Positions 25,955-38,638 of a stretch of DNA of 64,000 bases are shown here, piece by piece. How positions within the stretch are numbered: the stretch's first letter is position 1; every line of letters starts with the position of its first letter. Both the position numbers and the translations under genes were made by a program. The notes under the pieces were generated by a model. The model had not been told where the DNA came from, ran no database searches, and saw only the letters and a program-made list of their open reading frames with translations. The DNA lies in NCBI RefSeq assembly GCF_964204645.1, contig NC_134032.1, positions 4,054,175 to 4,118,174 of the forward strand, read 5' to 3'. Source of the stretch: Tubulanus polymorphus. Lineage: Eukaryota > Animalia > Nemertea.

Positions 25955-26420
25955 ATCCAAATTCGACTTATTAAGTCAAATTTCCACATAATAAGTCAAA
26001 TTTCCACATAATTAGTCGGAATTCGACTAACATAACGAATCAAATTTCGACTTTAAGTCTAAATTCGATTCAATAAGTCAAATATCGACTTAATAAGTAG
26101 AATTTCAACTTAATAAGCAATATATATAACATATAATAAGCTTTTCATAAGCAATATATACCATGCAAAAATATATTGCTTCGTTTCCGCGTCCGTTTCT
26201 GAGTGGCGCAGAAACGAAATTTACCGCGAAGAAACGCGCCAAAACGAGCGCAGAAACGCGCCAAAACGAGCGCAGAAACGAACTTCGTTTCTGCGCCCGT
26301 TTTAGCGCGGTTATTTCTCGATTTTGCGCCGCACAAAAACGAACTTCGTTTCTGCGTCCGTGCGCGGCGCAAAAACGAAATTTAACGCGCAGAAACGAAC
26401 TTCGTTTTAGCGCCCCCTTC
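25955..26420. repeat. Two short-period arrays (TAAGTCAAATTTC-like, then GCGCAGAAACGAA-like with internal inversions), probably MITE bodies
   Basis: Directly visible direct and inverted short repeats. Confidence 0.65.
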
Positions 26421-26639
26421 ATCCTAAAACGTAGCCTATTTTAGAGCCCATCAAAACGTCAATTTATTAAAACTATTTTTTTTTTTTTTACATTTGAATT
26501 TCTTTACTTAAGTGAAGGCAGTGCTACTGGCTTTAGTAAAAAATCAGAAAATCACCGATAAAGGAAGTTTTATTGCGAATAAACGTAACTCTGAAAATTA
26601 AATTAATTAGAATAATTCGTACAATAATACAACGTTTTA

Positions 26640-27227
26640 AGGCCGTAATTAGTATCACGAGATGAACCATGGCGCCACCATCCGACCAAAATTACCGCGC
26701 ATGAACGAAGAAACGCTATATTCGCTGTTTGGTCGGGCGCGTTTATCTGGGCTATGCCCCCGCTAGTGGGTATTTGTGGTTACTCTAACGAGGTTATACC
26801 CGTTTCCTGTTCGTACAACTTTCCAAACAAGAAGAAATCGTGCGTCTCGTTTTTACTATCGGCCTTCATCGGCGGGTTCATCATTCCTCTCATAGCTATG
26901 TTATTCACGTTCTATAAACACCAACAGAGGACTTAATTCGAAAGGACGCAAGAAACGCCGTAAGATGACGCTCGCTACTAACCAAGCCTCGATGTTGTTG
27001 TTCTGCGCGGCGTGGACGCCCTACACGATCCACGCCGTAGTCGACGTGTTAAACTCGTGTTAAACTCGTCATCGATTTCGTGGTTCTCGATTTTGCTTCC
27101 GATTAAGATATCCATCATACTGCATGCAGTCATGTTCGCGCTGCTCAACCACAAAGTTCGCGAACGCGTACATGCCATTTTCTTCACGATACGATGCCCC
27201 GTAAAAATTACAGTGCATCCCCTTTAA
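26640..27227 (+). pseudogene. Opsin-like GPCR pseudogene (TM3 to helix 8, intronless)
   Basis: AVISITR* (TM3 end), WAMPPLVGICGYSNEVIPVSCSYNF (ECL2 with E181-equivalent and SC), FIIPLIAMLFTFYK (TM5), FCAAWTPY (TM6), PIKISIILHAVMFALLNHKVR (TM7, Lys codon 27105-27107). An 11-bp tandem duplication GTGTTAAACTC causes one frameshift. Confidence 0.78.
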
Positions 27228-27269
27228 AACATTTTACAGTCCTGATCCGTCTTCGGGGGAATTTTCAAC

Positions 27270-27545
27270 CCAGAGGTTCTGAACACATGTGAAGTATGGG
27301 CGATCAGCTATGGATAAATATGATAAATATGTGAGCTGATAAAATGTCTAATGTCTGGTGTTTGTAGTTCATTTTCAATTAGAAATGTCTCAGGTGAAGT
27401 TCTGAACACATGTGAAGTGTGGATATTCAGGTTTTTGAAATTTGAAAGTGTTCTGATATAATGTCTTATATCTTGTGTTTCTAGTTCATTTTCAATCATA
27501 GATTAGTCCTCAGGTGAAGCCCTGAATATTTAGAGTGTGGGCGAG
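27270..27545. repeat. ~120-bp tandem repeat, about 2.3 copies
   Basis: GTTCTGAACACATGTGAAGT and TAGTTCATTTTCAAT recur at about 120-bp spacing. Confidence 0.7.
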
Positions 27546-27867
27546 GGGTTCAGACAGCTAAACCTTTTCGGTGCCAAACTCACAGACCACTCTTTATGTA
27601 AACGGTTGATATTCTTTAGAATGCTGCGTGCAGTTAGTATTCCAGAAACCTCAGAAAAATTTGAAAGGAATAAATATGAAATTCGACGAAATTGAACGTA
27701 CATATAATTATTGGTTTAGAATGTTTTGTAATATCATAAATGATTTCAGGCGTTATAGCGGCGAATCGAGAGTGTAATCAAATAAATTCCTCCACAATAA
27801 TTACATTTATCTATAGGGTAATTTTGAATGTCAATGTAGTTTAAGACGATGTTATGTATTGAAAAAC

Positions 27868-28048
27868 GATGTTTTCTGTCAGGTTGGATGTAATTCAAGA
27901 CGATGTTTTCCATCAGGTTTGATGTAATTCAAGACGATGTTTTCTGTCAGGTTTGATGTAATTCAAAACGATGTTTTCTGTCAGGTTTGATGTAATTTAA
28001 GACGATGTTTTCTGTCAGGTTTGATGTAATTCAAAGCGATGTTTTCTG
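27868..28048. repeat. 34-bp minisatellite, about 5 copies
   Basis: GATGTTTTCTGTCAGGTTTGATGTAATTCAAGAC starts at 27868, 27902, 27936, 27970 and 28004. Confidence 0.95.
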
Positions 28049-31000
28049 ATGTAAGTGAGACGCAGTTCTTGAGTCGTAATTATTTTGTAAATGCGATGTG
28101 GCCGTTATTAGACCTCTGCGACACAACTGCCGGTGACGTAAATGATATATACACACGACGTGAATATTTAGGGTTTCTGCTGCTTTCGCAGAAACCCTCT
28201 TGTATTCCTGTTGATTATTATTATTATTATAAATGGTCCACTTTCCAGCCAAAAATTTTTCATAAAATGTAACTCCTCTCAGATTCGACTACCAACAGCT
28301 TATAAACGTAATTTTAAATTCTGCCAGAAATATAACTCAGCGCCTGACCGTTTCGAATTTGCGTAAAGTAATCTATTATGAATTAATCCCGCATAATTAC
28401 CGGGTCTAAACAGCGACAAGAATAACGCAAAGAATCGTCATCCATTGATAAAAGTGCACTCCGAAAAGGCTAAAATTTACCGCACGACCTTGAGCTTCAA
28501 AGTCAACCGTTAAATCACGGAATCGGACTTACAATTAGTCCGGATCCGTCATTTCCCACGAACGATAACTACAGCCGGTGCGTAATAAGTGTCTTACGAA
28601 TGAAACATGGCGGATGGTTGAAATCATTTTCGGCTTAAATTTATCGCGAGTTTTAGGACATCAATGAATTTCACGAAACCATGATCCTTAAAATGAGTCA
28701 ATTGGTTAATTCTATTCGTAAATAATTTACGTTGGCTACATTTCCTGAAGATTTCTGGCTCGATTCAACGTAATATGGACAGAAATGGTAGGAATTTTCA
28801 TACAGAAATTTACTTCCGCGTTCAGTCGACGACTCAGATCGATGACAACGACAGCAGTTTTTACGTAATTTAAGGTGAGAATCCGTTAACCAGGGAATGT
28901 TTTACATGATTTCTTTATAATATTAGTACATATGGTAGCAAATGAGTACTTGGTGAAGCAATGATCATTGTTGGCTTGCTACTTGACCTAGCTTTTTTGG
29001 GGGATACACCTAGAATAGACCCTAAATGTAGTGAATAGAGACAGTGGAAAGCCTAAGTTGTTAGTAAGGGGCTGGTTTACACTTATGTGTACGACTACTT
29101 ATTTCGATTACTTTCTTTCCAGCTATTATTCGTGGAATGAACTGGTCACTACGGTCTTCAATTTCTTTGCCGATTCCTGCAGCTGGTGGAAATAAATTTA
29201 AACCACAGTGTGCAAGTGTACGTTCCACAGCAAGCTTTTTCGTCATTGTCGTAACTTAAGCGCAACTGTCTCAGATGCTGTAAGTACTTGACGTTTTATG
29301 TAATTGTTATTTTTTTCAGTTGCCATGTTTGTATATTTGGATAAGTAATCAGTTATTATACTTTCTTTCACTCCTCTATGATATTATATAACCGAGTAAT
29401 TATTACATTTCATTGCTTAATTGCAGGTGGAAAGAGGTCAGATGGCATAAAAATCGACTGTGGCTGACTAATTGGTGCGATTAGATCAGGCGTTAATGTT
29501 TCATCAGGGGGTAGACAAATATTCGAAGAAAAATGAAAACTTCACCCAGTTGATTTTGCTGTAATTTTTTCGCCTGGATAAATCGACTAGTCATTCAGTT
29601 CAAAATCTGTGTTCAATAGAATTTCTTTCAATAAAATGAAAATTTAATTGACTTATTTTTATGTAATCAAGATTGAAATTGAATGGATCTTAAAACCAGA
29701 AAAAGCATTCTTCAGAAATTTAGAAAATCCTAGACTCATAATCAAATTCTGTGAAGTCAGTTAAGGTCTTTTGCTCGAATCAAGCCGAGGGCTCAGATGG
29801 CTAAAATTCAATTCCTCAATGTCATATAATGCAGAGTATGAAAAAGTTTACACACTGAAAAACGTTGGGCTGTGTAAGTGTAATTTGGATAAGTTAGCAA
29901 TATAATGACCGTCCTGGCCCGCTGCATCTGAGACATGAACAAGTTAGATTGTGTTGCTTCGATGCTTTGCCCAACGGACTCCTAAGCAAGATTACCTGCC
30001 AAATCAAATGTAAATTAAGAAAGAAAACAACACAATTGATCAATCAATGCCTTGCGTCTTCAAAAAAATCTTCCCGGAAATATTTCTTTTTCTGCCCACC
30101 ACCTGCCTCGACACGCGACGTTCAAGTTGATACAAATGCCACCGGGGGACCATATCTTCGGTATCCTCAAAGCCATTTTGATTAGACTTTGTACATCAGT
30201 ACTTTTTACATGGTAGCCCTTTTGGATCCACATAATCCAGCATATTGTTGACCGAGGTCGCGCTTCTTTTTTACGCTTCCCATTGCAACATATGAACCAG
30301 GTTAGGCAGAAACCCGTTATCGCTGCTATGAAGCTACATTTTGTTTTAATTGTTATTGACGGATATTTAAAACCAACGGAAACAAATGACGTCTGTTTTG
30401 ACAGGACGCGTTGCCGAACCGTGTAACCGTGTTAGATTTCTGCCGGTTTGTACTGGCAACTTTCAATTCTATGCGAAAGTGATTCGTCGCAGAAAAAAAT
30501 GCGTTTTGACTTTGTTTTTCAGTATTTTTGGCGGTGAACAAGAATTGTCTTCAGGTAGAAATACGCTGTATAAGAACGCGTTTTTAGATTAAAATTTAGG
30601 CATTTTTCCTTAATCACTTGGAGCGCGCGCGGATCCGTATCTTATAGACTTCTGCTAAAATCACAAGTTAAAAAAAGAATCTTTTTAGTCCTTCGTGTGT
30701 TCATCACGATTTTCAATAAACAATTCTTCTTCATATGCCAGTCTTAATTTTCAATCTAGTAAATTGTAAAAGTTATGTAAATCGTAATTTTTTTTCTATC
30801 CTGTGATTTGCTAAAACGTAAGTTTTTTCATTTTTGATTTGCAAGCTTAGTTTTTTTTTCATTTCTCCCATCATTTGGATCCAATTCATCACAACTTTAA
30901 CCTATTAATTTTTTTCTGCAGTCCCTTTCAAGGATCTATGTAGAACATGATAAGAAAAAAGTGATTTTTTTATTATTTTTCTGTTACCTTCAATTTTAAA

Positions 31001-31375
31001 ACGCCTATTACAAAAAAATATTACTTTTATTTTTGCCTTTGCTCTCCTAATTTTTCTTGAAGAAAATCCGGGGTGGATCCAGTGGTAGACTGATCAGAGC
31101 ACAAAGACATTGGCATGAATACTGGAAAATGACATGTTAAAGTATCCACGCTGCCCAAAAAGGGTTTGGAGAATTCAACTCAAATTCCAGTGCATTTTCA
31201 AGCAATTTCTAAGCACTTGGGACATTGAGGAGAAGCAAATCGAAATCTTGTGCCGCGAACTTGTCTATTTGGTCAGCGGTTATACAGCTTGTCGTGCACG
31301 TGTAACATCAAAAATTCATAAAGATGGTATTTCGGTATCATGTGTAGGTAGTTTGTATGTATGCTGTAGTTGTTG

Positions 31376-31514
31376 GGGCCAGTTGCACAGTCGTGACTTA
31401 AGTCCAAAAGTGTTCTTAAATCTTAAGACAGGTCTTAAGTTGTTAGATTGGCTAAAGAACTAAGTTGGTCTTAGACTGGTCTTAAGTCTAAGCCAGGACT
31501 GTGCAACCGGTCCC
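31376..31514. mobile_element. 139-bp Harbinger/Tourist-like MITE
   Basis: TIR GGGCCAGTTGCACAGTC / GACTGTGCAACCGGTCCC with internal CTTAAG repeats. Confidence 0.75.
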
Positions 31515-32004
31515 TGAAGTCACAACCCGTGATAACAACGGCAGTGACCATCGAAAGGCTTCATGCGAGTCTGTTAAGATATCAAGAGTAAAAGTATGAA
31601 CAATATTCTCGATAAAGTGAATGCGTCAGTGGTGGTTTAATCATGCTCTCCGTGTTTCAAGCTAAAAAGGCCCGTAGATGCTATCAACCTCTATTCTGGT
31701 TTAGTGTTAGTTCTGATAAGATTATCGCAACGAATTCCACGTATTCGTATATATCTTTTTAAACATAGCCAATTACGGGTAATACTCTGGGGCGTATGCG
31801 AAATTTAGTTGAAAATTTAAACCAGTTTTTTTTTTATTTAATAGAAATAATTGCAGCTGGAAAGAAAAATATTCATTTCGTGTCTTTGCAGTAACGCGTA
31901 ATTGGAGGAATTGTAATTAGCGTCGAGTTGGTGTTCGACGAAACGAAATCAGAACTAGAATTTCTAATTATTTTGCTTATTCGGTCACATATTCGTTGTT
32001 CGGT

Positions 32005-33210
32005 ATGGAGCAGCGACTGAGAGCGCTGTTTGTAGCGTCGCTGATCGTCTGGCGAGTGAAAATCGCACGCGCCGCCGATCTGCCCGACTCAGTGACGGTC
32101 GAGTCGTCTTGTAACAACACTTGGTACCCCGTAGGTTCTATGTCCGGTTACATCGTTTCACCGAGTTACCCGTCGTTAACGCGCGGTGTTGAATGTGGTT
32201 GGTTCGTCAACGGCTCTTCACCCGGGGGAACTTTCAACATCAAACTTTACTACGATATCGAGTCGTCGATATTCTGCCAGGATGACTACCTTATCGTCGG
32301 CGAGTCTGACAGCAGATTCTGCGGTGACGGAGAACGAGAAATCCTCCGTAACGATTCGATCTCGTTGATATTTAGAAGTAACGTCGACGGTGCGCGAGGA
32401 AGTCGGCTTTATATCGTATATCGCCATCAACGAAGCCGTTTGAATTTGAGTCATAACTGTAGAACACCCTATCTTCTTCACTTGAGCAAGTTACAAACAT
32501 CGGAAGGGTACAAATTCGCGATAAAAACATTACAATGCCAGCTCTATTTAGAATGGATCGGACTGGCGGATGATTATGCTCTGAATCTGACATTCGTAGA
32601 GGTTAGTTTCAAATTAATACGTATTTTTGAATCGGCTACGGTTAGAATTTATGACGGCTGGAACACCAGCAGTGAACCTATCGCCAATATACACGAACAA
32701 TCCGGACAACCATCGGTAACATTTTATACGAAATCCAACAGGGCTACCATCTCAGGCTTGTCGTATTATTTCAAATTTCATGCGCAGTTAGTAGTGCAAA
32801 TTTACCAAATATCCGATTGGAACGTCACTAATTCGTTGATTCAGATCTCTGACAACGAATCGGGAGTGCTCATTCCCGATGACAACAGTTTACACACAGT
32901 AACTCGATCAAAACACTTACACTGCTGGTCTATCGCAGTGCAGGTGTTACAGTACGTCGTCTTCAACTGGACTAGCGATGTCGTCACATCCGGTGACGTC
33001 ATTGGTGTATATAAACTAGAAGGTTTACGCGTTGTAGGAACGGCTATTTTACTCGGTTACAACTCCCTGGAATCGCTTAGCGTAAAATCTGAAGGCTTTC
33101 TCGTCATACTGTGCGTTTTAACGAAGGGCGATAAGATCAAGTCTCGAATCGATGTTTACTTTCACACGGAATCGCTTTCCATGGCAGATGTTAGTGTTTT
33201 GTCGATGTCA
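32005..33210 (+). CDS. GRL101-like receptor, exon 1 (signal peptide plus CUB domains)
   Basis: ATG at 32005 with a hydrophobic leader. CUB motifs SGYIVSPSYP, ECGW, CQDDYL, RFCG, LIFRSN. Phase-0 donor A/GTAAGT at 33211 (alternative in-phase donor at 33190). Confidence 0.8.
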
Positions 33211-33279
33211 GTAAGTACAACACAGTCGAACCACAATCGAAGCCTTCTTCCCTTCTATTGGGCTTTCCTTCACTAGAAT

Positions 33280-33792
33280 AATAACCTGGTTAGTACGATT
33301 CGGCGTGCAGCGAAAAAAATTGTATACCGGTAAATGTTGGCTTAGTCGCAATCACGTTAATACGAAATTCCCGGTAATACGATGTAAAAATTTCACGATC
33401 TCCTATTCATTTCTATAGTAAATAAAGACTATTAGTACTATCGTCCACTTGAGTTCCCTTTTTTAAATTGACAGTGAAAACAAATAGCAGGAGTATGATA
33501 CGGCGTTTTAAGCTAAAGATGAAATATTGAGGTAATTGAGGATTTGTTTTACGAGGGTTACTACGAAATTCGGTTAGTACGGTCATTATGAGCGGGTTCG
33601 ATGTTTCTTTTTCCAATGGGGGAGAGACCAGAGAAGAACCTTTGACCAAGAAACGCTGTCGCCACCAGGGTTCGAACCCATAAACCCTGGATTGACGAGA
33701 CCAATGACTGGCGGCTTTAACCATACGGCCTCTGCGACTCTCACGTTTTTTTTTTCCATCGCACAAATCGTACTAACGAGGTTCCACTGTAA
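33280..33792. mobile_element. Pogo/Tc1-mariner-like MITE in intron 1
   Basis: Right end GTACTAACGAGGTTCCACTG+TA and a degenerate left end AACCTGGTTAGTACGATT. Confidence 0.6.
33655..33740 (-). repeat. tRNA-derived SINE-like head
   Basis: On the minus strand: AGGCCGTATGGTTAA (A-box-like) and GGGTTCGAACCC (B-box/T-arm). No clean cloverleaf. Confidence 0.55.
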
Positions 33793-33882
33793 TACAATCT
33801 ACAGTTTATTTTTATTTTCTTCGAAATATCATGAAACGCCAAAATATGCATTTCCAACGACTTTTAATATATTTCTCCGCAG

Positions 33883-35211
33883 CCTTTGAATCATTTACCA
33901 CTTTTTGCAACGTTCCGAGCTAGAAACGAGCCGACGATTTCGTATCGCGTCGATAGAATAATGTTCACATCCGAGGTCGACATCAACGACGATGAATTAC
34001 GCATGTTGATTTTATCGGAGGACTGCGAACGAGCCGGATTTTACATATACGACGGGGGTAACTTAACGGCCCGACGCTACGGTCCGTATTGTCCCACTTC
34101 GACCAGGTACGACCGTAACGTCGTCAGTCTGATTACATCAGGGGGCCCGGTTACTATAGTAGCATACGCTTACAACTGGGACGGACAGTTGTTGGAAGAC
34201 GGATATTACCAAGATATAGGATTTCAACCGACGGACTGTACGGGATACATGCTACAGGAAGGAGAACGCCAGATCGATATTACGTCACACTGCGTCGTAA
34301 TTACGCCTGAAAACCGACGCCTTCACTTGAAGAACATTCATATACTATCAGAACACGAATATCAGATCGATCGATGTTTTCCTACTGATCAGAAACTACC
34401 GTGCCGCAGATTTATGGTTTTAACAAGTCAGTATCTCGATAACGGTCTCTTATTGAACAGCGTCACGATAAACAGCGATAACAGGTTCTGGCAGTATGCG
34501 CTGATAGTTAAACTGCGTCGTAAATGTCTAGGTTTGAAAAAGGTTAGGACATTCGGGGCTGGAACAATTTTCGAACGGTTTAAAGACAAATGCGGAATCA
34601 TGCAGTCGCCGAACTATCCGGGGTTCGCGGGCTTCTTAGCAAGCTCTCAAATCTATCGCTTCGACTTTATTGATATGGAAGCAAGAACTAGACATGAACA
34701 GGGGTATTACAGATTCGTTATCAAACACATAGAAAGAACGCCGTGCTCAAAAACTTCTCCAAGAGATAAAGATGCGATTTTGTTCACTCAGTTGATTGGC
34801 AGCACGCGGCGCCAACCACTTGACTCGAAAATCTGTACGCTTGAATTTTCATTACTCGGTAGTGTATTTCACAGTTTAATCGCCAATGGAGTCTCTTTCC
34901 TGCTTAAAGACCGAGTGCCGACGTTCCAAATACAATATACTATATTAAAAGAAGCAGCCGAAAGCGAAGGTAATCGCTGTAAATCTGGATTCATCGAGTC
35001 TGGATATCTTTCTTGCGTGAAATACATCAGACACGAACGTCAGAATTGGGAGAAGGCTGAATCGCACTGTAGATATGAGTACGCGGGACATCTACTCAGT
35101 ATCAACTCAGAACAGGAAATGACGGCTATAAAAAGATTATTCGCGACAAAACTTCTGGACGAGGCATATTCGCAGAAAGCGCTCGTAATAATGATTGGAT
35201 TGAAATTGCAG
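33883..35211 (+). CDS. GRL101-like receptor, exon 2 (divergent CUB-like repeats plus first half of a C-type lectin domain)
   Basis: Acceptor TTTCTCCGCAG/ at 33882 and donor CAG/GTAAAT at 35212. Length 1329 nt, phase 0-0. CTL motifs NWEKAESHC, GHLLSINSEQEM, IMIGL. Confidence 0.85.
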
Positions 35212-35402
35212 GTAAATTCCATTCTAGAATTTCTTTTTTATTCAGGGGCATTTTAAGCGAATTGTAACTTATTTGAACGGCCCCGATCATATAGTAAATA
35301 GGCAAAATTTACCGATTATTGATACACGATTCTAGAAATCATGAACATAAAGGGAAACTCAATTGCTAAAGGAGGCATACAAACTAACTGTGTATTTTAC
35401 AG

Positions 35403-38400
35403 CCGAATACTGATGGGCATTACGCGTGGACTGATGGCAAACCATTGAGCTACACGGAGCTAGTAACGAAACGATACCAGAAGTTATTCATGGATTGATA
35501 TCTCCTCCTCGAAAACAACCGATAAATGACGTCAATATGCCGTGTACGGCGATGATACTGAATAATCCGCGAGGATCGGCGAACTGGGTTCGATTCCCGT
35601 GTCAAATCGAGGAGGTTCACACTAGTTTTGTTTGCGAATCAGATCGATATGATAACAAGCAAGGGGACATTCTAACAACGATTGCAAATGAAACAGAAGT
35701 AGCCATTAGTGGCAATATGACGCTAAACACTGTCACTTTAAACTCAACCTGTACCCGAAATTGGCTAGGTATAGCCGGACGGTGCTACCAAATACTGACA
35801 GACTGGAACAAACAACGAGGTTTAGATATCGAAACAGCGACGGAGATGTGTCGCGCTATTCGTGGTGAAATAGGCACGTTCACTTCTTTAACGGACAATA
35901 AAGTGAATAACGTTATCACTACGTTTAACTATCAACACCGATATGGCGCTGTGTTAGTAACTGATGGATGGAACAGATTCAGAGCGATAAGGCCAACACT
36001 AACCAGGGATGAAATCACGTATATTTATTCACTGGTTTGGTCTGCTCCAACCATTGATAACGCAACAGAAATAGCCGTTGTACATTCTGTTTTGTGTTCC
36101 TACAATGTAACTGATGAAGAGTTAGCTTCTATAAGCGGTTGTAAATCGTGGCAGTTTCGATGTAACGACGGAAGATGTATCAGCGACCATCGCGTATGTG
36201 ATACCAGATACGACTGTCAACGCGGTGAAGATGAACTTAACTGTACGGATATACATCTAGACAGTCAGTTCAGCTGTAACGATGGACGGGTCATATCGAT
36301 AAGTGGGTTCTGTGATTTCATACAGGATTGTCCGGATGGTTCCGATGAGAACTCGTGCTTCCATATTCCATGTTCGCCCGGCCAATACCGATGTAAAAGT
36401 GGTCAATGTGTCAGTAGGTCTAACAGATGTGACGGAGTAATGAATTGTCAAGACGGCTCCGATGAAATTGACTGCACCACTCAACTATGTGGGGGGTTCA
36501 TGTGTAACAGTGGAGAATGTATCAGTTCCCAGTTGTATCAGGATGGAGTCGTGGATTGCAGTGGGAGTCTCGAAGAAGATGAATTAATATCAACTAATAA
36601 TGTAACAGTAAATCCCACGATTCATTGCAATATTGAGAATCACTGTGTGACCAACTTCACAAATCTTTGCGAGGAATCTGATGAACAAAGATGTTCTTTC
36701 GATTCTCCGCATTGCTATTCTAGACGTCACAGATGTGTTCTAGAAAGGATGTCATCTGGTTACCCGGTTTGTAGAAATCTCGAGCACGTATTGAGATGTG
36801 AAGAATTTGAATGCCCAGCTAGTACTGTAAAATGTCCAACATCGTATTGTATACCGATCAGACAGGTCTGTGATGGTCAATCAGATTGTCCCAATTCAGA
36901 AGATGAACACAATTGCGAGACATTTTCATGTCCAGGAATGTTTAAATGTGGCCACGAAAATCGATGCATTTCGCAATCGGAAGTTTGTGATGGTGTTATG
37001 AATTGTAAATATACGACCGATGACGAGGCTTTCTGCAACGTCACGTGCCCTAACCGTTGTCAATGTCAAGGTCATTCTGTTCACTGTAGAAATGTCGGCC
37101 TCACCGATATCACTGACCTCCTAGCGATTACAACTCGAATTCTAATGCTGTCAAATAACAGAGTAATTTTCAATGTGTCGACATTTTTTTCATTCGTTTA
37201 TCTTCGTACGCTCAATATCTCCTTCAATGGTTTATCGCACGTTTTGCCAAACTCGTTCTCAAACCTGCGTAATCTAAACTCCTTAGACCTTACTCACAAT
37301 AACATAACATCCTTATACGCGAAATCATTTTTAGGCTTGGGTAGTCTGAAGGAACTGTTTATAACAGAAAATCCAATTCGATATTTAGAAGAAGGAAGCT
37401 TCAGCGGTTTAAGATCGCTTCCAATGTTTGATCTGCACGGACTGCACATTTCGGTACTTGGTGCAAATGTATTCTCAGGTCTGTCCTCAATGACTTCATT
37501 AAATATCAGCAGCAATAAAATCAACTTAATATCTAAACATGCTTTCTCTGGTTTAAACGAACTTTTGCATCTTGATTTAGCAAACAATTCAAATTACATT
37601 TCTACAGACAATGATACTTTCGGTAACCTGACATCACTAGTCTCCCTAAAATCTGATGCGTACAAATTTTGCTGCATGGCTCCGAATGTCGACCAGTGCC
37701 TTCCCGAAGCTGATCAATTTTCCTCCTGTTCCGACCTGATGGGTAATTCAGTTCTCCGAGCGATCATCTGGGTCATCGCTGCATTCAGCTTTTTCGCCAA
37801 CAGCGTTGTCATTTTACTTCGCATTCGACTATCATCATCCAAAACAAACAACAGTTCCTCTGATATCCTCATCATGAATCTCGCAGCTTGCGATTTCCTG
37901 ATGTCGATTTATTTATTCTTGATCGCGGGTGCCGATTACGTCTACAAAGGCGTTTATTTCTTAAATTCTGAAATGTGGACAGGCAGTTCGTTGTGTCGTG
38001 TTGCCGGGATTCTAGTAACCGTTTCGTGTGAAGGCTCTTTGACTTTCCTGCTCGTATTAACACGTCATCGATACTCGAATATCACAGATCTATTTTCCGA
38101 CAGTTTTTTCGTAACCCCAAAACACGTCACCGGTATTTGTTGTATATGCTGGCTTATACTTGTTTTAATCTCTTTGTCACCGCTTTCACAATTGCCGTAC
38201 TTCGGTCATAATTTCTATGGCACAACCGGAGTTTGTTTACCTATGAATTTGCTCACCATTGACGTACACGCCTGGCAATATTCTCTGGCGATTTTTGCCG
38301 TGTCTAACTCGGCAATACTCGCTACGATAATGACGACTTATGCGCAGATGTACAGACTCGTATCTGGAAGCAGGTTCGGCTCCGGTAGAATCGACCCTAC

Positions 38401-38638
38401 CGAGCTGGTTTTAGCGCGTAGGAGTTTGGTGATAAATCTTTCCAATTTATTTTGCTGGCTGCCGATAATAACCGTTCAGTTTTGCGCGGTGTTCCGGGTG
38501 GACATACCGAATCAGGTGGCGGCTTGGCTGGCGGTTCTTTTCTTGCCGATCAACTCGTCCCTGAATCCCCTTCTTTACACGATACTGACTATCGATTTGA
38601 AATCAATACAGGCAAAATATAAACGTCGTCGACAATGA
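35403..38638 (+). CDS. GRL101-like receptor, exon 3 (CTL end, second CTL-like domain, ~6 LDLa repeats, LRRs, hinge, 7TM), frameshift near 35460
   Basis: Acceptor TATTTTACAG/ at 35402 gives YAWTDGKPLSYTE, then the frame changes to the 35495-38638 ORF. That ORF holds LDLa repeats (CDxxxDCxDGSDE), LRRNT CPNRCQC, LRRs, hinge KFCC...DQFSSCSDLM, and a 7TM with FCWLP and LNPLLY. Confidence 0.92.

Noticed and set aside
27868-28048. 34-bp repeat as a CRISPR direct repeat
   Set aside because: The units abut directly with no spacers.
33655-33740. Functional tRNA gene
   Set aside because: A/B boxes are present but I could not build a canonical acceptor and anticodon stem. Treated as SINE-like.
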